The notes: generated by a model not told the origin, from the letters alone. 64,000 bases of DNA from an uncultured Bacilli bacterium (GCA_934167875.1 CAKPMC010000005.1:882-64881), one strand, 5' to 3'; counted from the first letter of the stretch, positions 46,288 through 56,795 are shown. A program made the numbers and translations.

Positions 46288-48147
46288 ATGGAATATGATA
46301 TTATCGTTGTAGGTGGAGGTCATGCTGGTTGCGAAGCATCACTAGCATCAGCTCGTCTACATAATAAAACTTTATTAGTAACAGGAAATATTAAAAATAT
46401 TGCTGATATGCCATGTAATCCATCAATAGGTGGACCAGCTAAAGGAATTATTGTAAGAGAAATAGATGCTTTAGGTGGTGAGATGGCTAATAATATTGAT
46501 CATAGCTGCTTACAAGTCAAAATGTTAAATACAAAAAAAGGTCCAGCTGTAAGAGCACTAAGAGCACAAGGTGATAAAATTACTTATCCAAAAGCTATGC
46601 TAAAAACTATGAAAAATCAAGAAAATCTAGAGATTAAAGAGTCACTAGTAGAAGACTTAATCGTAGAAGATAATAAAGTAAAAGGTGTAGTTTTAGAAAA
46701 CGGAGAAAAGATTTATGCCAAAGCAGTAGTTCTAACAACAGGAACATACTTAAAAGCAGTTATTCTAAGAGGAGCTAAAAAAACAGTTAGTGGTCCACAC
46801 GGCGAAAGACCATCTAAATTTTTAAGTGATAAACTAAGAGAGTATGGATTTACGATTCAAAGATTAAAAACAGGAACTCCTCAAAGAATAGACAAAAATA
46901 GTATTGATTATTCAAAAACTAGCCTAGAACCAGGTGATAGCATTCCACATACTTTTTCATTTGATAATGATCCACTTTATAAAGTAGAAGACCAAGTGCC
47001 TTGTCATCTAATATATACAACAAAAGAAACTCATAAAATTATTATGGATAATCTAGAAAAATCAAGTATGTATGGTGGTTATGTAGAAGGAATTGGTCCT
47101 AGATATTGTCCTTCTATAGAAGATAAAGTCGTTCGTTTTAAAGATAAAGAAAGACATCAACTATTCCTAGAACCAGAAAGCTTGTATTATGATGACATTT
47201 ACATTCAAGGTTTTTCAACTAGTATGCCAGAAGAAATTCAAGATTTAATGGTACATAGTTTGCCAGGTTTAGAACATGCCAAAATATTAAAATATGCCTA
47301 TGCTATTGAATATGATGCTATAGACCCTCTACAATTAAAACAGTCACTTGAAACAAAAGTACTTGAAAATCTATTTACAGCCGGACAAATAAACGGTACA
47401 AGTGGTTACGAAGAAGCCGCAGGACAAGGATTAATAGCTGGTATCAATGCATCTCGCAAGATTCATAACCAAGAACCATTAATTCTTAAAAGAAATGAAG
47501 CCTATATTGGTGTATTAATTGATGATTTAGTAACAAAAGGGACTAAAGAACCATATCGTATGTTAACATCTCGTGCTGAATATCGTTTATTACTTCGTCA
47601 TGATAATGCTGATTTAAGATTAAGAGAATATGGACATGAAATAGGTTTAATAACAGAAGAAAGATATCAAAAGTTTGTAGAAAAGAAGACACAAATTCAA
47701 GAATTAATTAATTTATTAAAAGAAAATAAAATCACTCCTACAAAAGATACCAATGAGTATTTAACTAGTATTAATTCTACTAAGTTATTAGATGGTATTA
47801 CATTATATGAACTATTAAAAAGACCAGAAATAACATTTACTAACATAAGACACTTTATAGATATTAACTATAGTGATGAAGTAGTAGAACAAGTTGAAAT
47901 AATGGATAAGTATGAAGGTTACATTGTAAAAGCCAATAGAGAAGCAGAAAAAATGTTAGACTTAGAAAAAGTAAAAATACCAGAAGATATAAACTATGAT
48001 AATGTTCATAACCTAGCTAGTGAAGCAAGACAAAAATTAGCTCAAGTAAGACCAACTACTATTGCACAAGCTTCTCGTATTAGTGGTGTTAATCCTGCTG
48101 ATATTTCTATATTAATGGTTTATTTAAAAAAGGAAAAAAGAATATGA
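46288..48147 (+). CDS. mnmG: tRNA uridine 5-carboxymethylaminomethyl modification enzyme MnmG
   Basis: FAD motif MEYDIIVVGGGHAGCEA. Start refined to 46288 after AGAGGAAG. Confidence 0.96.
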   Translation: MEYDIIVVGGGHAGCEASLASARLHNKTLLVTGNIKNIADMPCNPSIGGPAKGIIVREIDALGGEMANNIDHSCLQVKMLNTKKGPAVRALRAQGDKITYPKAMLKTMKNQENLEIKESLVEDLIVEDNKVKGVVLENGEKIYAKAVVLTTGTYLKAVILRGAKKTVSGPHGERPSKFLSDKLREYGFTIQRLKTGTPQRIDKNSIDYSKTSLEPGDSIPHTFSFDNDPLYKVEDQVPCHLIYTTKETHKIIMDNLEKSSMYGGYVEGIGPRYCPSIEDKVVRFKDKERHQLFLEPESLYYDDIYIQGFSTSMPEEIQDLMVHSLPGLEHAKILKYAYAIEYDAIDPLQLKQSLETKVLENLFTAGQINGTSGYEEAAGQGLIAGINASRKIHNQEPLILKRNEAYIGVLIDDLVTKGTKEPYRMLTSRAEYRLLLRHDNADLRLREYGHEIGLITEERYQKFVEKKTQIQELINLLKENKITPTKDTNEYLTSINSTKLLDGITLYELLKRPEITFTNIRHFIDINYSDEVVEQVEIMDKYEGYIVKANREAEKMLDLEKVKIPEDINYDNVHNLASEARQKLAQVRPTTIAQASRISGVNPADISILMVYLKKEKRI

Positions 48148-48845
48148 ATTTAGATTTATTTATAGAAGAAACAAAAAAATTAGGTATAGAATTAACCAGT
48201 CAACAACTAGAAAAATTAAATCAATTTTATGAATTATTAATTTCATGGAATCAAAAAATGAATCTAACTAGAATAACAGAAAAAGAAGATGTTTACTTAA
48301 AACATTTCTATGATAGTCTAACACTTAGTAAAGTAATAGATTTAAACCAAGACTTAACTTTATGTGATGTTGGTAGTGGTGCTGGATTTCCAGGAATTGT
48401 TTTAAAAATCTGTTTTCCTAATTTAAAAATAACTTTACTAGATTCACTTCAAAAAAGAGTAAATTACTTAAATGAAATAATAAAAGAATTAGATTTAAAA
48501 GATATCGAAGCTATTCATACAAGAGCAGAAGAATATGCCAAACAAAATCGTGAAAAGTTTGATATTGTAACAGCAAGAGCAGTAGCTAATCTTAAAATAT
48601 TATCAGAATTATGTATTCCAATGGTAAAAGTAAACGGTTTATTTATTGCAATGAAAGCAAATATTGAAGAAGAAATTGAAAATAGTACGGAAATATTAAA
48701 AAAATTAGATAGTAAAATAGAAAAAATAGAAACGTTCTATTTACCGATTGAAAATAGTATTCGTAATATTATTTTGATTGAAAAATTAAAACCAACTAAT
48801 ACTTTGTATCCACGAAGAATAGAAAAAATAAAAACAGATAAATAA
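48144..48845 (+). CDS. rsmG: 16S rRNA (guanine527-N7)-methyltransferase
   Basis: SAM motif DVGSGAGFPG. Overlaps the mnmG stop by 4 nt. Confidence 0.92.
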   Translation: MNLDLFIEETKKLGIELTSQQLEKLNQFYELLISWNQKMNLTRITEKEDVYLKHFYDSLTLSKVIDLNQDLTLCDVGSGAGFPGIVLKICFPNLKITLLDSLQKRVNYLNEIIKELDLKDIEAIHTRAEEYAKQNREKFDIVTARAVANLKILSELCIPMVKVNGLFIAMKANIEEEIENSTEILKKLDSKIEKIETFYLPIENSIRNIILIEKLKPTNTLYPRRIEKIKTDK

Positions 48846-48854
48846 TTAAAATAT

Positions 48855-48886
48855 AAAGTCAAAATGCCTAAATTTGACTTTTTTTC
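48855..48886 (+). terminator. Intrinsic terminator downstream of rsmG
   Basis: AAAGTCAAA / TTTGACTTT stem with a 9-nt loop and a T run. Confidence 0.75.
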
Positions 48887-48959
48887 TTGTATGAAATGAA
48901 AAATATGATATAATATTTCTAGAATAAAAGAGTAAGAAGAATGAAAAGAGGGTATATTT

Positions 48960-49988
48960 ATGGATAAAGAAGTAGTTGAATTATATTTAGATGACATAAT
49001 TCCTAACCGTTTTCAACCACGTGAAGTATTTAATGAAGAGGCACTAAGAGAATTATCAGCATCTATAAAAGAACATGGTGTAATTCAACCAATTATTGTT
49101 AGAAAAATAGGTGACAAATATGAAATAATAGCTGGTGAAAGAAGATATAAAGCATCAGCATTAGCAGGACTAACAAAAATTCCTGCCATAATTCGCAACC
49201 TAGATGATAAAGAAGCTTCTAAAGTTGCCCTTTTAGAGAATCTTCAAAGAAAAGATTTAACAGCAATAGAAGAAGCAAGAACATATCAAAAAATACTTGA
49301 ATTAGATTCAATGACACAAGAAGAATTAGGTCGTACAATGGGTAAATCTCAAGCAGCAATAGCTAATAAAATGAGATTATTATCATTACCAGATGAAGTA
49401 CAAGAGGCTTTATTAAAAGATCAAATATCAGAACGTCATGCTAGAAGTTTATTAAACTTAGATACTCCAGAAGAACAAATTAATATGTTAAGAAAGATAA
49501 TATCTAATCGTATGACAGTAAGAGAATTAGATAATGAAATTAGAGAACTAAAAGGTGAAACATCAATTCCATCAACTATTAACAATGATAGTGTTACAAT
49601 AGTAAATGAAACTGGTCCAAAAGTAGAAGTAAATAATAATGAATCACATGAAGTGCCAACATTAAATTTACCAGAATCACCTTCAAATGAATTAGATGAT
49701 GATTTCTCACCATTATCTTTTATTCCTAAAGATGATACTCCAGAAGTATTAGAAGCTTTATCTGATATTGAAGAACCAGAACCAATAGAAGAAAAATCAA
49801 ATACTGATGATTTTAAAGCTATTGATAATTTATTAAAATCAACGAAATTGTATACAATGGAAGATGCTGTGAATGAAATAAAAAGTGTAGTAGCTAAAAT
49901 TCAAAATAAAGGAATAAAGATTACTACTGATGATATGGATTTTGAAAATACTTATCAAATAGTTATTAAAATTGATAAAAACAATTAA
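48960..49988 (+). CDS. noc: Nucleoid occlusion protein Noc (ParB paralog), atypical termini
   Basis: ParB N-domain IIPNRFQPR and GERRYKA. The HTH recognition stretch GKSQAAIANKMRLL resembles B. subtilis Noc (GKGQSTIANKLRLL as recalled). Position between rsmG and soj supports the call. Confidence 0.8.
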   Translation: MDKEVVELYLDDIIPNRFQPREVFNEEALRELSASIKEHGVIQPIIVRKIGDKYEIIAGERRYKASALAGLTKIPAIIRNLDDKEASKVALLENLQRKDLTAIEEARTYQKILELDSMTQEELGRTMGKSQAAIANKMRLLSLPDEVQEALLKDQISERHARSLLNLDTPEEQINMLRKIISNRMTVRELDNEIRELKGETSIPSTINNDSVTIVNETGPKVEVNNNESHEVPTLNLPESPSNELDDDFSPLSFIPKDDTPEVLEALSDIEEPEPIEEKSNTDDFKAIDNLLKSTKLYTMEDAVNEIKSVVAKIQNKGIKITTDDMDFENTYQIVIKIDKNN

Positions 49989-50013
49989 AAAGTAGAACTT
50001 CTACTTTTTTTTT
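49987..50013 (+). terminator. Intrinsic terminator downstream of noc
   Basis: AAAAGTAG..CTACTTTT hairpin followed by a T9 run. Confidence 0.75.
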
Positions 50014-50078
50014 CGAAAAACATTTCATAATTCATATATTTTTGTTAAAATAGAATAGTACAAAGAAAAGGTGGTAGT

Positions 50079-50867
50079 ATGGGAAAGATAATTTCATTAG
50101 TAAATCAAAAAGGTGGAGTAGGAAAAACAACAACAAGTATTAATCTTTCTGCATCACTTGCTTATTTAGGTAAAAAAGTATTATTAATAGACTTAGATCC
50201 ACAAGGTAATACAACAACTGGTGTAGGAATTAATAAAGGCGATATCACAAATAGTGTTCATGAAGTTTTAACTGGTAAATGTGAAATTACTGAAGCAATT
50301 ATAAAAACAAAGTATAAAAATTTATATGTTTTACCTGCAACTATTAATCTAGCAGGATTAGATATGGAATTAATTGAAAAAAGTAAAGTAAATCAAGGCT
50401 TCGCTAAGAATGCCCAATTAAAAACATTTTTAGATCCAATTAAAGACTTATTTAATTATATAATAATTGATTGTCCCCCTTCTTTAGGATTAATAACTAC
50501 TAATGCACTAACAGCTTCAGATTCAGTTATTATCCCAGTTCAATGTGAATTTTTTGCTTTGGAAGGAATTACTCAATTATTAAATACTATTATGTTAGCT
50601 CAAAAGAATTTAAATCCAAATCTAGATATAGAAGGTGTTTTATTAACAATGCTTGATTCTAGAACATTGTTAGGACTAGAAGTAGTAGAAGATATAAGAA
50701 GATTCTTTAAAGAAAGAGTATACAATACTATAATTCCAAGATTAGTAAAATTAACCGAAGCACCTTCACATGGAAAACCAATATTAGCTTATGACCCAAA
50801 ACATAGGGCAACAGAAGCTTATATAAATTTAGCAAAGGAAGTGATTGCACGAAATGGAGACATCTAG
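50079..50867 (+). CDS. soj: Chromosome partitioning ATPase ParA/Soj
   Basis: Deviant Walker A NQKGGVGKTTT, DLDPQGN and DCPPSLG. Confidence 0.93.
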   Translation: MGKIISLVNQKGGVGKTTTSINLSASLAYLGKKVLLIDLDPQGNTTTGVGINKGDITNSVHEVLTGKCEITEAIIKTKYKNLYVLPATINLAGLDMELIEKSKVNQGFAKNAQLKTFLDPIKDLFNYIIIDCPPSLGLITTNALTASDSVIIPVQCEFFALEGITQLLNTIMLAQKNLNPNLDIEGVLLTMLDSRTLLGLEVVEDIRRFFKERVYNTIIPRLVKLTEAPSHGKPILAYDPKHRATEAYINLAKEVIARNGDI

Positions 50868-51735
50868 AAGAAAGGCTTTAGGAAGAGGCCTAGAAGAATT
50901 ATTTAATAATGAACCAATGGATTATGAAAAAATTGAAGAAAAAATAATGGATGAATCTACAAATGAAGAAATAGTTGAATTACCATTATCTGAATTAAGA
51001 AGCAATCCATATCAGCCAAGAAAGAACTTTGATGAAGGAGCATTACAAGAATTAGCTAACTCTATTAAAGAACATGGCGTATTTCAACCAATTATTGCTA
51101 AAAAGAGTATAAAAGGTTATGAAATAATAGCTGGTGAGCGTAGAGTAAAAGCCTCAATTCTAGCAGGAAAAGAAACTATTCCAGCTATTTTGAGAGATTT
51201 TTCAGATCAAGATATGATGGAAATTGCTTTACTTGAAAACTTACAAAGAGAAAATCTTAATGCTTTAGAAGAAGCTATAGCTTATAAAAAGTTAATAGAT
51301 GAATTATCATTAACACAAGATAAACTTGCTGAAAGATTAGGAAAAAGTAGAAGCCATATTACTAATATGTTAGGATTATTATCATTACCAGAAGAAGTAA
51401 AAGATATGATAATGGCTAATAAATTATCTATGAGTCATGCACGTGTTCTAAGTAAGATAGAAGATAGTGAAAAAGTTAAACAATTAGCAGAAAAAATAGT
51501 TGTAGAAGGCTTAAGTGTAAGAGAGGTTGAAGATCTTTCACATGAAAATATTTATGAAAAGAAAAATACACAAGTAAGACATGAAACTAATCGCAACGAA
51601 TACAAAGTAATAGAAGAAGAATTATCAGATAAATTTGGAACCAAAGTAAAAATTAAAAATAATAAAATTGAAATTCATTTTGTAAACCCTAATGATTTAA
51701 ATAGAATTTTAGAAATTATTGGACTAGATAACTAA
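50854..51735 (+). CDS. spo0J: Chromosome partitioning protein ParB/Spo0J
   Basis: Motifs ALGRGLEELF, NPYQPRK and GERR. HTH stretch GKSRSHITNMLGLL and C-terminal NDLNRILEII. ATG at 50854; the track TTG start is 50845. Confidence 0.9.
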   Translation: METSRRKALGRGLEELFNNEPMDYEKIEEKIMDESTNEEIVELPLSELRSNPYQPRKNFDEGALQELANSIKEHGVFQPIIAKKSIKGYEIIAGERRVKASILAGKETIPAILRDFSDQDMMEIALLENLQRENLNALEEAIAYKKLIDELSLTQDKLAERLGKSRSHITNMLGLLSLPEEVKDMIMANKLSMSHARVLSKIEDSEKVKQLAEKIVVEGLSVREVEDLSHENIYEKKNTQVRHETNRNEYKVIEEELSDKFGTKVKIKNNKIEIHFVNPNDLNRILEIIGLDN

Positions 51736-51744
51736 CGGTGAAAT

Positions 51745-52554
51745 ATGTTTGAAAAATATTTTATTCCTCAAATTTATTTACCAATAGTATATATATGTAT
51801 AGCCATTATAATAAATGGTGTTTTAAAAAGAATAATAGATAAAATAATTTCTAAAAAACAAGCCGATTTTTCTAAAAGTAGTTATAATTATAAAAAAACA
51901 GAAACTTTTAAAGTATTATTAAAAAATTTAACTAAATATCTAATAATAATTTTTCTACTTTTAGCTATTTTAACAGTGTACGGCATAAATGTAACATCAT
52001 TTTTAACGGGTTTAGGAATAGTTGGGATTATTGTCGGATTAGCTCTACAAGATTTAGCCAAAGATCTAATAGCAGGTTTTACTATCATTTTAGAAAATCA
52101 ATATGCAATTGGTGATACAATATCAATTGGTGATTTTAAAGGAGAAGTAATCTATTTAGGCCTTAAAACTACTAGAATTAAAAGCTATGAGGGGCAAATT
52201 AAAATTATAGCCAATCGTAATATAAGTGAAGTCATAAATTATAGTATGGAAAATTCTTTAGCAATTGTAGATATTGATGTAAGTTATGAGGAAAACAATG
52301 ATAAAGTAGAAAAAGTGTTAAAAGAACTAACTGCTGAATTATCTAAAACACTACCAAATTTAAAAGGAAAAGTTGAATTATTAGGTATTCACGAACTTGC
52401 CTCATCATCAGTAAGATATAGAATAATTGCTCCTACTGTAGCTATGCAACACTATGAAGTTGAAAGAATTCTTAGAAAAGAAATAAAAGATAGATTAGAT
52501 AAGGAAAATATTAAGATTCCTTACCCACAAATAGAGGTGCATCATGGAGAATAA
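51745..52554 (+). CDS. Small-conductance mechanosensitive channel (MscS family)
   Basis: Three TM helices followed by the MscS beta-domain pattern GDTISIGDFKGEVIYLGLKTTRIK. Confidence 0.85.
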   Translation: MFEKYFIPQIYLPIVYICIAIIINGVLKRIIDKIISKKQADFSKSSYNYKKTETFKVLLKNLTKYLIIIFLLLAILTVYGINVTSFLTGLGIVGIIVGLALQDLAKDLIAGFTIILENQYAIGDTISIGDFKGEVIYLGLKTTRIKSYEGQIKIIANRNISEVINYSMENSLAIVDIDVSYEENNDKVEKVLKELTAELSKTLPNLKGKVELLGIHELASSSVRYRIIAPTVAMQHYEVERILRKEIKDRLDKENIKIPYPQIEVHHGE

Positions 52555-52741
52555 AGAATATAAACTAAATGATAGAGTTATAATGAAAAAAGGTCATCCA
52601 TGTGGAGCAAATGAATGGAAAATAATAAGATTAGGTATTGATATAAAGATTGAATGTTGTAATTGTGGAAGAGTTGTTATGATACCAAGAATCGAGTTTA
52701 ATCGTAAATTAAAAAAAGTAATTAATAGTGAGGATGTGTAG
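52544..52741 (+). CDS. DUF951 family small protein (YyzM-like)
   Basis: 65 aa with the HPCGANEW...IECCNCGRVVMIPR pattern. Neighbours ychF as in Bacillus. Confidence 0.7.
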   Translation: MENKEYKLNDRVIMKKGHPCGANEWKIIRLGIDIKIECCNCGRVVMIPRIEFNRKLKKVINSEDV

Positions 52742-52742
52742 T

Positions 52743-54341
52743 ATGAAGGAAAAGAAGAAGTTAAAACTGAAAAAGTTTTACTTACATCCAGTAACGGCAT
52801 TTATTTTATTAACTTTTTTAGTAATGGTATTAAGTGGAATATTTTCTCTTTTTGAAATGCAGGCTACTTATTCAAAAATAAATTCTACAACAGGTGAATT
52901 AGAAACAACTTTAGTTACAGTAGAAAATTTATTTGGTTTTAGTGGTCTAAAGTATATTATAAGTAATGCTGCTAAAAACTTTATGAGTTTTACTACTTTA
53001 AGTACTTTGCTTATAGCACTAATTGGTTTAGCAGTAACTCAAGCAACGGGTTTACTTGATGCTTTTATCAAAAGAGTATTAGTAAAAATAGATAATAAAA
53101 AAATAACATTTATAATAATTTTTCTTGCTACTATTTCTAGTTTAATAAATGATATTGGTTATGTAATAATTATCCCATTAGCTGCCTTAATTTTCTTAAA
53201 AAATAATCGTAATCCACTAGCTGGTATAATAGCTGCATTCTGTGGCGTAGCATTTGGTTATGGTGTAACATTATTTGTTGGAAGTATGGAAGTAAATTTA
53301 GTTTCAACAACTGAACAAGCAGCTAGATTAATAGACTCTAGTTACCACGTAGCTTTATCGTCAAATTTAATAATAATAATAATATCATCAATAATTCTAT
53401 CAATAATAGGAACATTAATTATAGAGAAAATAACTATTCCAAAATTAGGAAGATATAGAGATGTTAATGATTTAGCTAAAACTAGTGAAATTAAAATAGT
53501 AGAAAGTGTTGAAGAAGAAGAACAAAGAAAACTAGCATTAGAAATTCATGAAAAAAAGGGAATGAAAAATGCCAGTATTGTTGCAATAATATTTGCTTTA
53601 TTCTTTATTTATTCTTTAATACCAAATCTACCTTTTTCAGGAATGTTACTTGATATGAATGAAACTACCTATTTAGGACAAGCTTTTGGTCCTAATTCCT
53701 ACTTTCAAGATGGTTTCACATACATGGTATCACTATTTTTTATACTAACAGGAATAGCTTATGGAATAGGCGCAAAGACTATTATAAATGATAAAGAATT
53801 ACTGATAGATGTAAGTAAATCAATGTCAGAAGTAGGTATTCTAATACCTATGGTTTTCTTTGCTACTCAATTTATAGCAGTATTTAGAAAAACGAATATT
53901 GCAACTATATTTACAGCATGGGGTGCTAATTTAATAAATAGTTTAGAATTTAGTGGTGTTCCTTTAATCATATTAATAATTATTGTAATTGCTATAACTA
54001 ATATTTTTAACACAACACCAACAGCTAAATGGACTATTTTAGCTCCAGTAGTAATTCCTAAATTAATGCAAGCTAATATTTCGCCAGAATTTGGTCAATT
54101 TATTTTAAGAGCTGCTGATTCAATGACTAAAGGTATCACCCCATTATTAACATATTTTGTGATATTTGTTGGTTACTTGAACATATATAATTCAAATAAA
54201 AAAAGACCAATCACAATCGGTAATTCATTAAAGCTAATTATGCCATATTGTTTAATTATAAGTGTAGTATGGTTAGTTATAATACTATTATGGTATTTGA
54301 CAGGATTACCATTAGGAATGGGTGTATATCCAACATTATAA
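52743..54341 (+). CDS. AbgT family transporter
   Basis: About 530 aa with more than 10 TM helices and an AbgT-like N-terminus (FYLHPVTAFILL...). Start refined to MKEKKKL. Confidence 0.8.
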   Translation: MKEKKKLKLKKFYLHPVTAFILLTFLVMVLSGIFSLFEMQATYSKINSTTGELETTLVTVENLFGFSGLKYIISNAAKNFMSFTTLSTLLIALIGLAVTQATGLLDAFIKRVLVKIDNKKITFIIIFLATISSLINDIGYVIIIPLAALIFLKNNRNPLAGIIAAFCGVAFGYGVTLFVGSMEVNLVSTTEQAARLIDSSYHVALSSNLIIIIISSIILSIIGTLIIEKITIPKLGRYRDVNDLAKTSEIKIVESVEEEEQRKLALEIHEKKGMKNASIVAIIFALFFIYSLIPNLPFSGMLLDMNETTYLGQAFGPNSYFQDGFTYMVSLFFILTGIAYGIGAKTIINDKELLIDVSKSMSEVGILIPMVFFATQFIAVFRKTNIATIFTAWGANLINSLEFSGVPLIILIIIVIAITNIFNTTPTAKWTILAPVVIPKLMQANISPEFGQFILRAADSMTKGITPLLTYFVIFVGYLNIYNSNKKRPITIGNSLKLIMPYCLIISVVWLVIILLWYLTGLPLGMGVYPTL

Positions 54342-54369
54342 GAACAACTGTAGTTGTTCTTTAATTTTT
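54339..54369 (+). terminator. Intrinsic terminator downstream of the AbgT transporter
   Basis: AGAACAACT-GT-AGTTGTTCT hairpin followed by TTAATTTTT. Confidence 0.75.
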
Positions 54370-54463
54370 ATTACTTACATTGTGTTATTTTGTGTGAATC
54401 TTTTAAAAATGTATGCTTTTTATAAAATAAATGTTATAATAATTCAAGAAAAGAGGTATAAGT

Positions 54464-55564
54464 ATGGGCTTAACAGCAGGAATAGTAGGACTTCCTAACG
54501 TAGGAAAATCAACATTATTTAATGCAATTACTAAAAAGAGTATCCTAGCAGCAAATTATCCATTTGCTACAATTGAACCAAATGTAGGCGTTGTAACAGT
54601 ACCGGATGAAAGGCTAGAAATATTAAATGATTTATATAATCCGGAAAGATTAATACCAACAGCATTTGAATTTACTGATATTGCTGGCCTAGTAAAAGGC
54701 GCTAGTCAAGGTGAAGGATTAGGTAATAAATTTTTATCTCATATTAGAGAAACAGATGCTATAGTAGAAGTAGTAAGATGTTTTGATAATAAAGACATAA
54801 TACATGTTGAAGGAGCAGTAGATCCTATTCGTGATATTGAAATAATAAATTTAGAATTAGTCTTAGCTGACTTAGAAAGTATTGGTAATCGTATCGAAAA
54901 AATAGAAAAAAAAGTAAAAGCTGGTAAAGATAAAGATGATATTCAAGAATTAGAAGCATTAATTAAAGCTAAATCAGCCTTAGAAAAAAATGAAGCTCTA
55001 AGAACAGTAGATTTTACTAAAGAAGAATTACATGCCATTAAATCATATAACTTCTTAACTTTAAAACCTATTATCTATATGGCTAATATAAATGAGGATG
55101 AAGTAGCTACTGAAGATAATGAATATGTTAAAAAGGTAAAAGAATATGCATCTAAAGAGAATGCCAAAGTAATAAAAGTTTGTGCAAAAATTGAAGAAGA
55201 ATTAAGTCAGTTAGAGGATGATGATCATCAAGATATGTTAGCAGCACTTGGAATACAAATGAGTGGTTTAGATCAATTAATAAAAGCTACTTATGATTTA
55301 CTAGGTTTAGCAACTTACTTCACAGTAGGAAAAGATGAAGTAAGAGCATGGACTTTCAAAAAAGGGATGAATGCTAAAGAATGTGCAGGTATTATTCATA
55401 CTGATTTTGAAAAAGGATTTATAAGAGCTGAAGTTATGTCTTATGATGATCTAGTTTCATGTGGTAGTGAATTAAAGGTAAAAGAAGCAGGACGTGCTAG
55501 ATTAGAAGGAAAAGATTATTTAATGCAAGATGGAGATATTTGCTATTTTAGATTTAATGTTTAA
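54464..55564 (+). CDS. ychF: Ribosome-binding ATPase YchF
   Basis: G1 motif GIVGLPNVGKST, the TGS domain and C-terminal DGDICYFRFNV. Confidence 0.95.
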   Translation: MGLTAGIVGLPNVGKSTLFNAITKKSILAANYPFATIEPNVGVVTVPDERLEILNDLYNPERLIPTAFEFTDIAGLVKGASQGEGLGNKFLSHIRETDAIVEVVRCFDNKDIIHVEGAVDPIRDIEIINLELVLADLESIGNRIEKIEKKVKAGKDKDDIQELEALIKAKSALEKNEALRTVDFTKEELHAIKSYNFLTLKPIIYMANINEDEVATEDNEYVKKVKEYASKENAKVIKVCAKIEEELSQLEDDDHQDMLAALGIQMSGLDQLIKATYDLLGLATYFTVGKDEVRAWTFKKGMNAKECAGIIHTDFEKGFIRAEVMSYDDLVSCGSELKVKEAGRARLEGKDYLMQDGDICYFRFNV

Positions 55565-55607
55565 ATAAAAATAAAATGGTAAACATAAGTTATAAAAGGA
55601 GGATAAA

Positions 55608-56249
55608 ATGGAAAATAAAATATATTCAAAAGTATTTTTATGGCTATTTATAGGAATGTTAGTAACATTTTTAACTGGTATTTATACAACTACTAATGAG
55701 TCAGCATTAACAGTAATATTCAGTGGTGGATTTTACTGGATATTAGTTATAGTAGAATTAGGTTTAGCCATTTTTCTCTCAGCAAGAATTCACAAAATGA
55801 GTGCAACAACAGCTAGAATTTGCTACTTATTATATACATTTTTAACAGGTTTAACCTTTTCATCAATATTTATAGTTTATAAATTAGAATCAATATTATT
55901 AGTTTTTGGAATTACATCTTTATTATTTTTAATATTTGCTATTATTGGTAAAACCACAAATATTGATTTAAGTAAATTAAGTACATACTTACTAATGATG
56001 TTATTAGGAATTATTATTTGTAGTATTGTAAATATCTTTTTAAAAAGCTCAACATTTGATATTGTAATTTCATGTATAAGTATTGTAGTTTTCTTAGGTT
56101 ATATTGCTTATGATGTTCAAAAAATTAAAAAATTGAACGGTTTGATTACAGAAGATAATCTTGCTGTAATAGGAGCATTTGAATTGTACTTAGATTTTAT
56201 TAATATTTTTATAGATCTATTAAGATTATTTGGAAAAGCAGATGACTAA
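55608..56249 (+). CDS. Bax inhibitor-1/YccA family membrane protein
   Basis: 213 aa with 7 TM helices and the C-terminal motif LYLDFINIFIDLLRLFG. Confidence 0.8.
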   Translation: MENKIYSKVFLWLFIGMLVTFLTGIYTTTNESALTVIFSGGFYWILVIVELGLAIFLSARIHKMSATTARICYLLYTFLTGLTFSSIFIVYKLESILLVFGITSLLFLIFAIIGKTTNIDLSKLSTYLLMMLLGIIICSIVNIFLKSSTFDIVISCISIVVFLGYIAYDVQKIKKLNGLITEDNLAVIGAFELYLDFINIFIDLLRLFGKADD

Positions 56250-56261
56250 TCTGCTTTTTTA
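56238..56261 (+). terminator. Intrinsic terminator overlapping the BI-1 stop codon
   Basis: GCAGAT-GACTA-ATCTGC hairpin followed by a T6 run. Confidence 0.7.
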
Positions 56262-56290
56262 TTGACAAATTTTTAATATAAAGATACTAT
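56262..56290 (+). promoter_or_regulatory. Promoter of the zinc-ribbon/DUF4234 gene
   Basis: TTGACA, a 17-nt spacer, then TACTAT. Confidence 0.55.
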
Positions 56291-56312
56291 ATAGATAGTA
56301 GGAGGAGTGAAA

Positions 56313-56795
56313 ATGAAGTTTTGTTCTAAATGTGGAAATCAGTTATCTGAAGGATTAAATTTTTGTCCCAGTTGTGGAGCTCAAATAAGTCAAGATCAAC
56401 CTCAACAACAAAATCAATATCAACAACAAGTGTACAATACTAACATGCCACTTATTAAAAACAGAAATATAGCTATGCAAGTTATATTATCTATCTTAAC
56501 TTGTGGTATATACGGACTTTATTGGTTCATAACAATGACTGATGAATCTAATGTCTTATCAGATGAAAAAACAGCTTCAGGTGGTATGGCAGTATTACTA
56601 ACACTAGTTACTTGTGGTATATATTCATTTTATTGGAACTATAAAATGGGTCAAAAGTTAAATCTAGCTGGTAGAAAATATAATAAATCAATATCAGATA
56701 ATTCAGTTTTATATCTTGTCTTATCATTATTAAGTTTAACTATAGTAAACTACTGTTTAATTCAATCTGATTTAAATAAGTTTTCAAACAACTAA
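56313..56795 (+). CDS. Zinc-ribbon plus DUF4234-like membrane protein
   Basis: N-terminal CSKCGNQL...CPSCG zinc ribbon, a Gln-rich linker, then repeated TCGIY..YW TM hairpins. ATG at 56313 follows AGGAGG. Confidence 0.6.
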   Translation: MKFCSKCGNQLSEGLNFCPSCGAQISQDQPQQQNQYQQQVYNTNMPLIKNRNIAMQVILSILTCGIYGLYWFITMTDESNVLSDEKTASGGMAVLLTLVTCGIYSFYWNYKMGQKLNLAGRKYNKSISDNSVLYLVLSLLSLTIVNYCLIQSDLNKFSNN

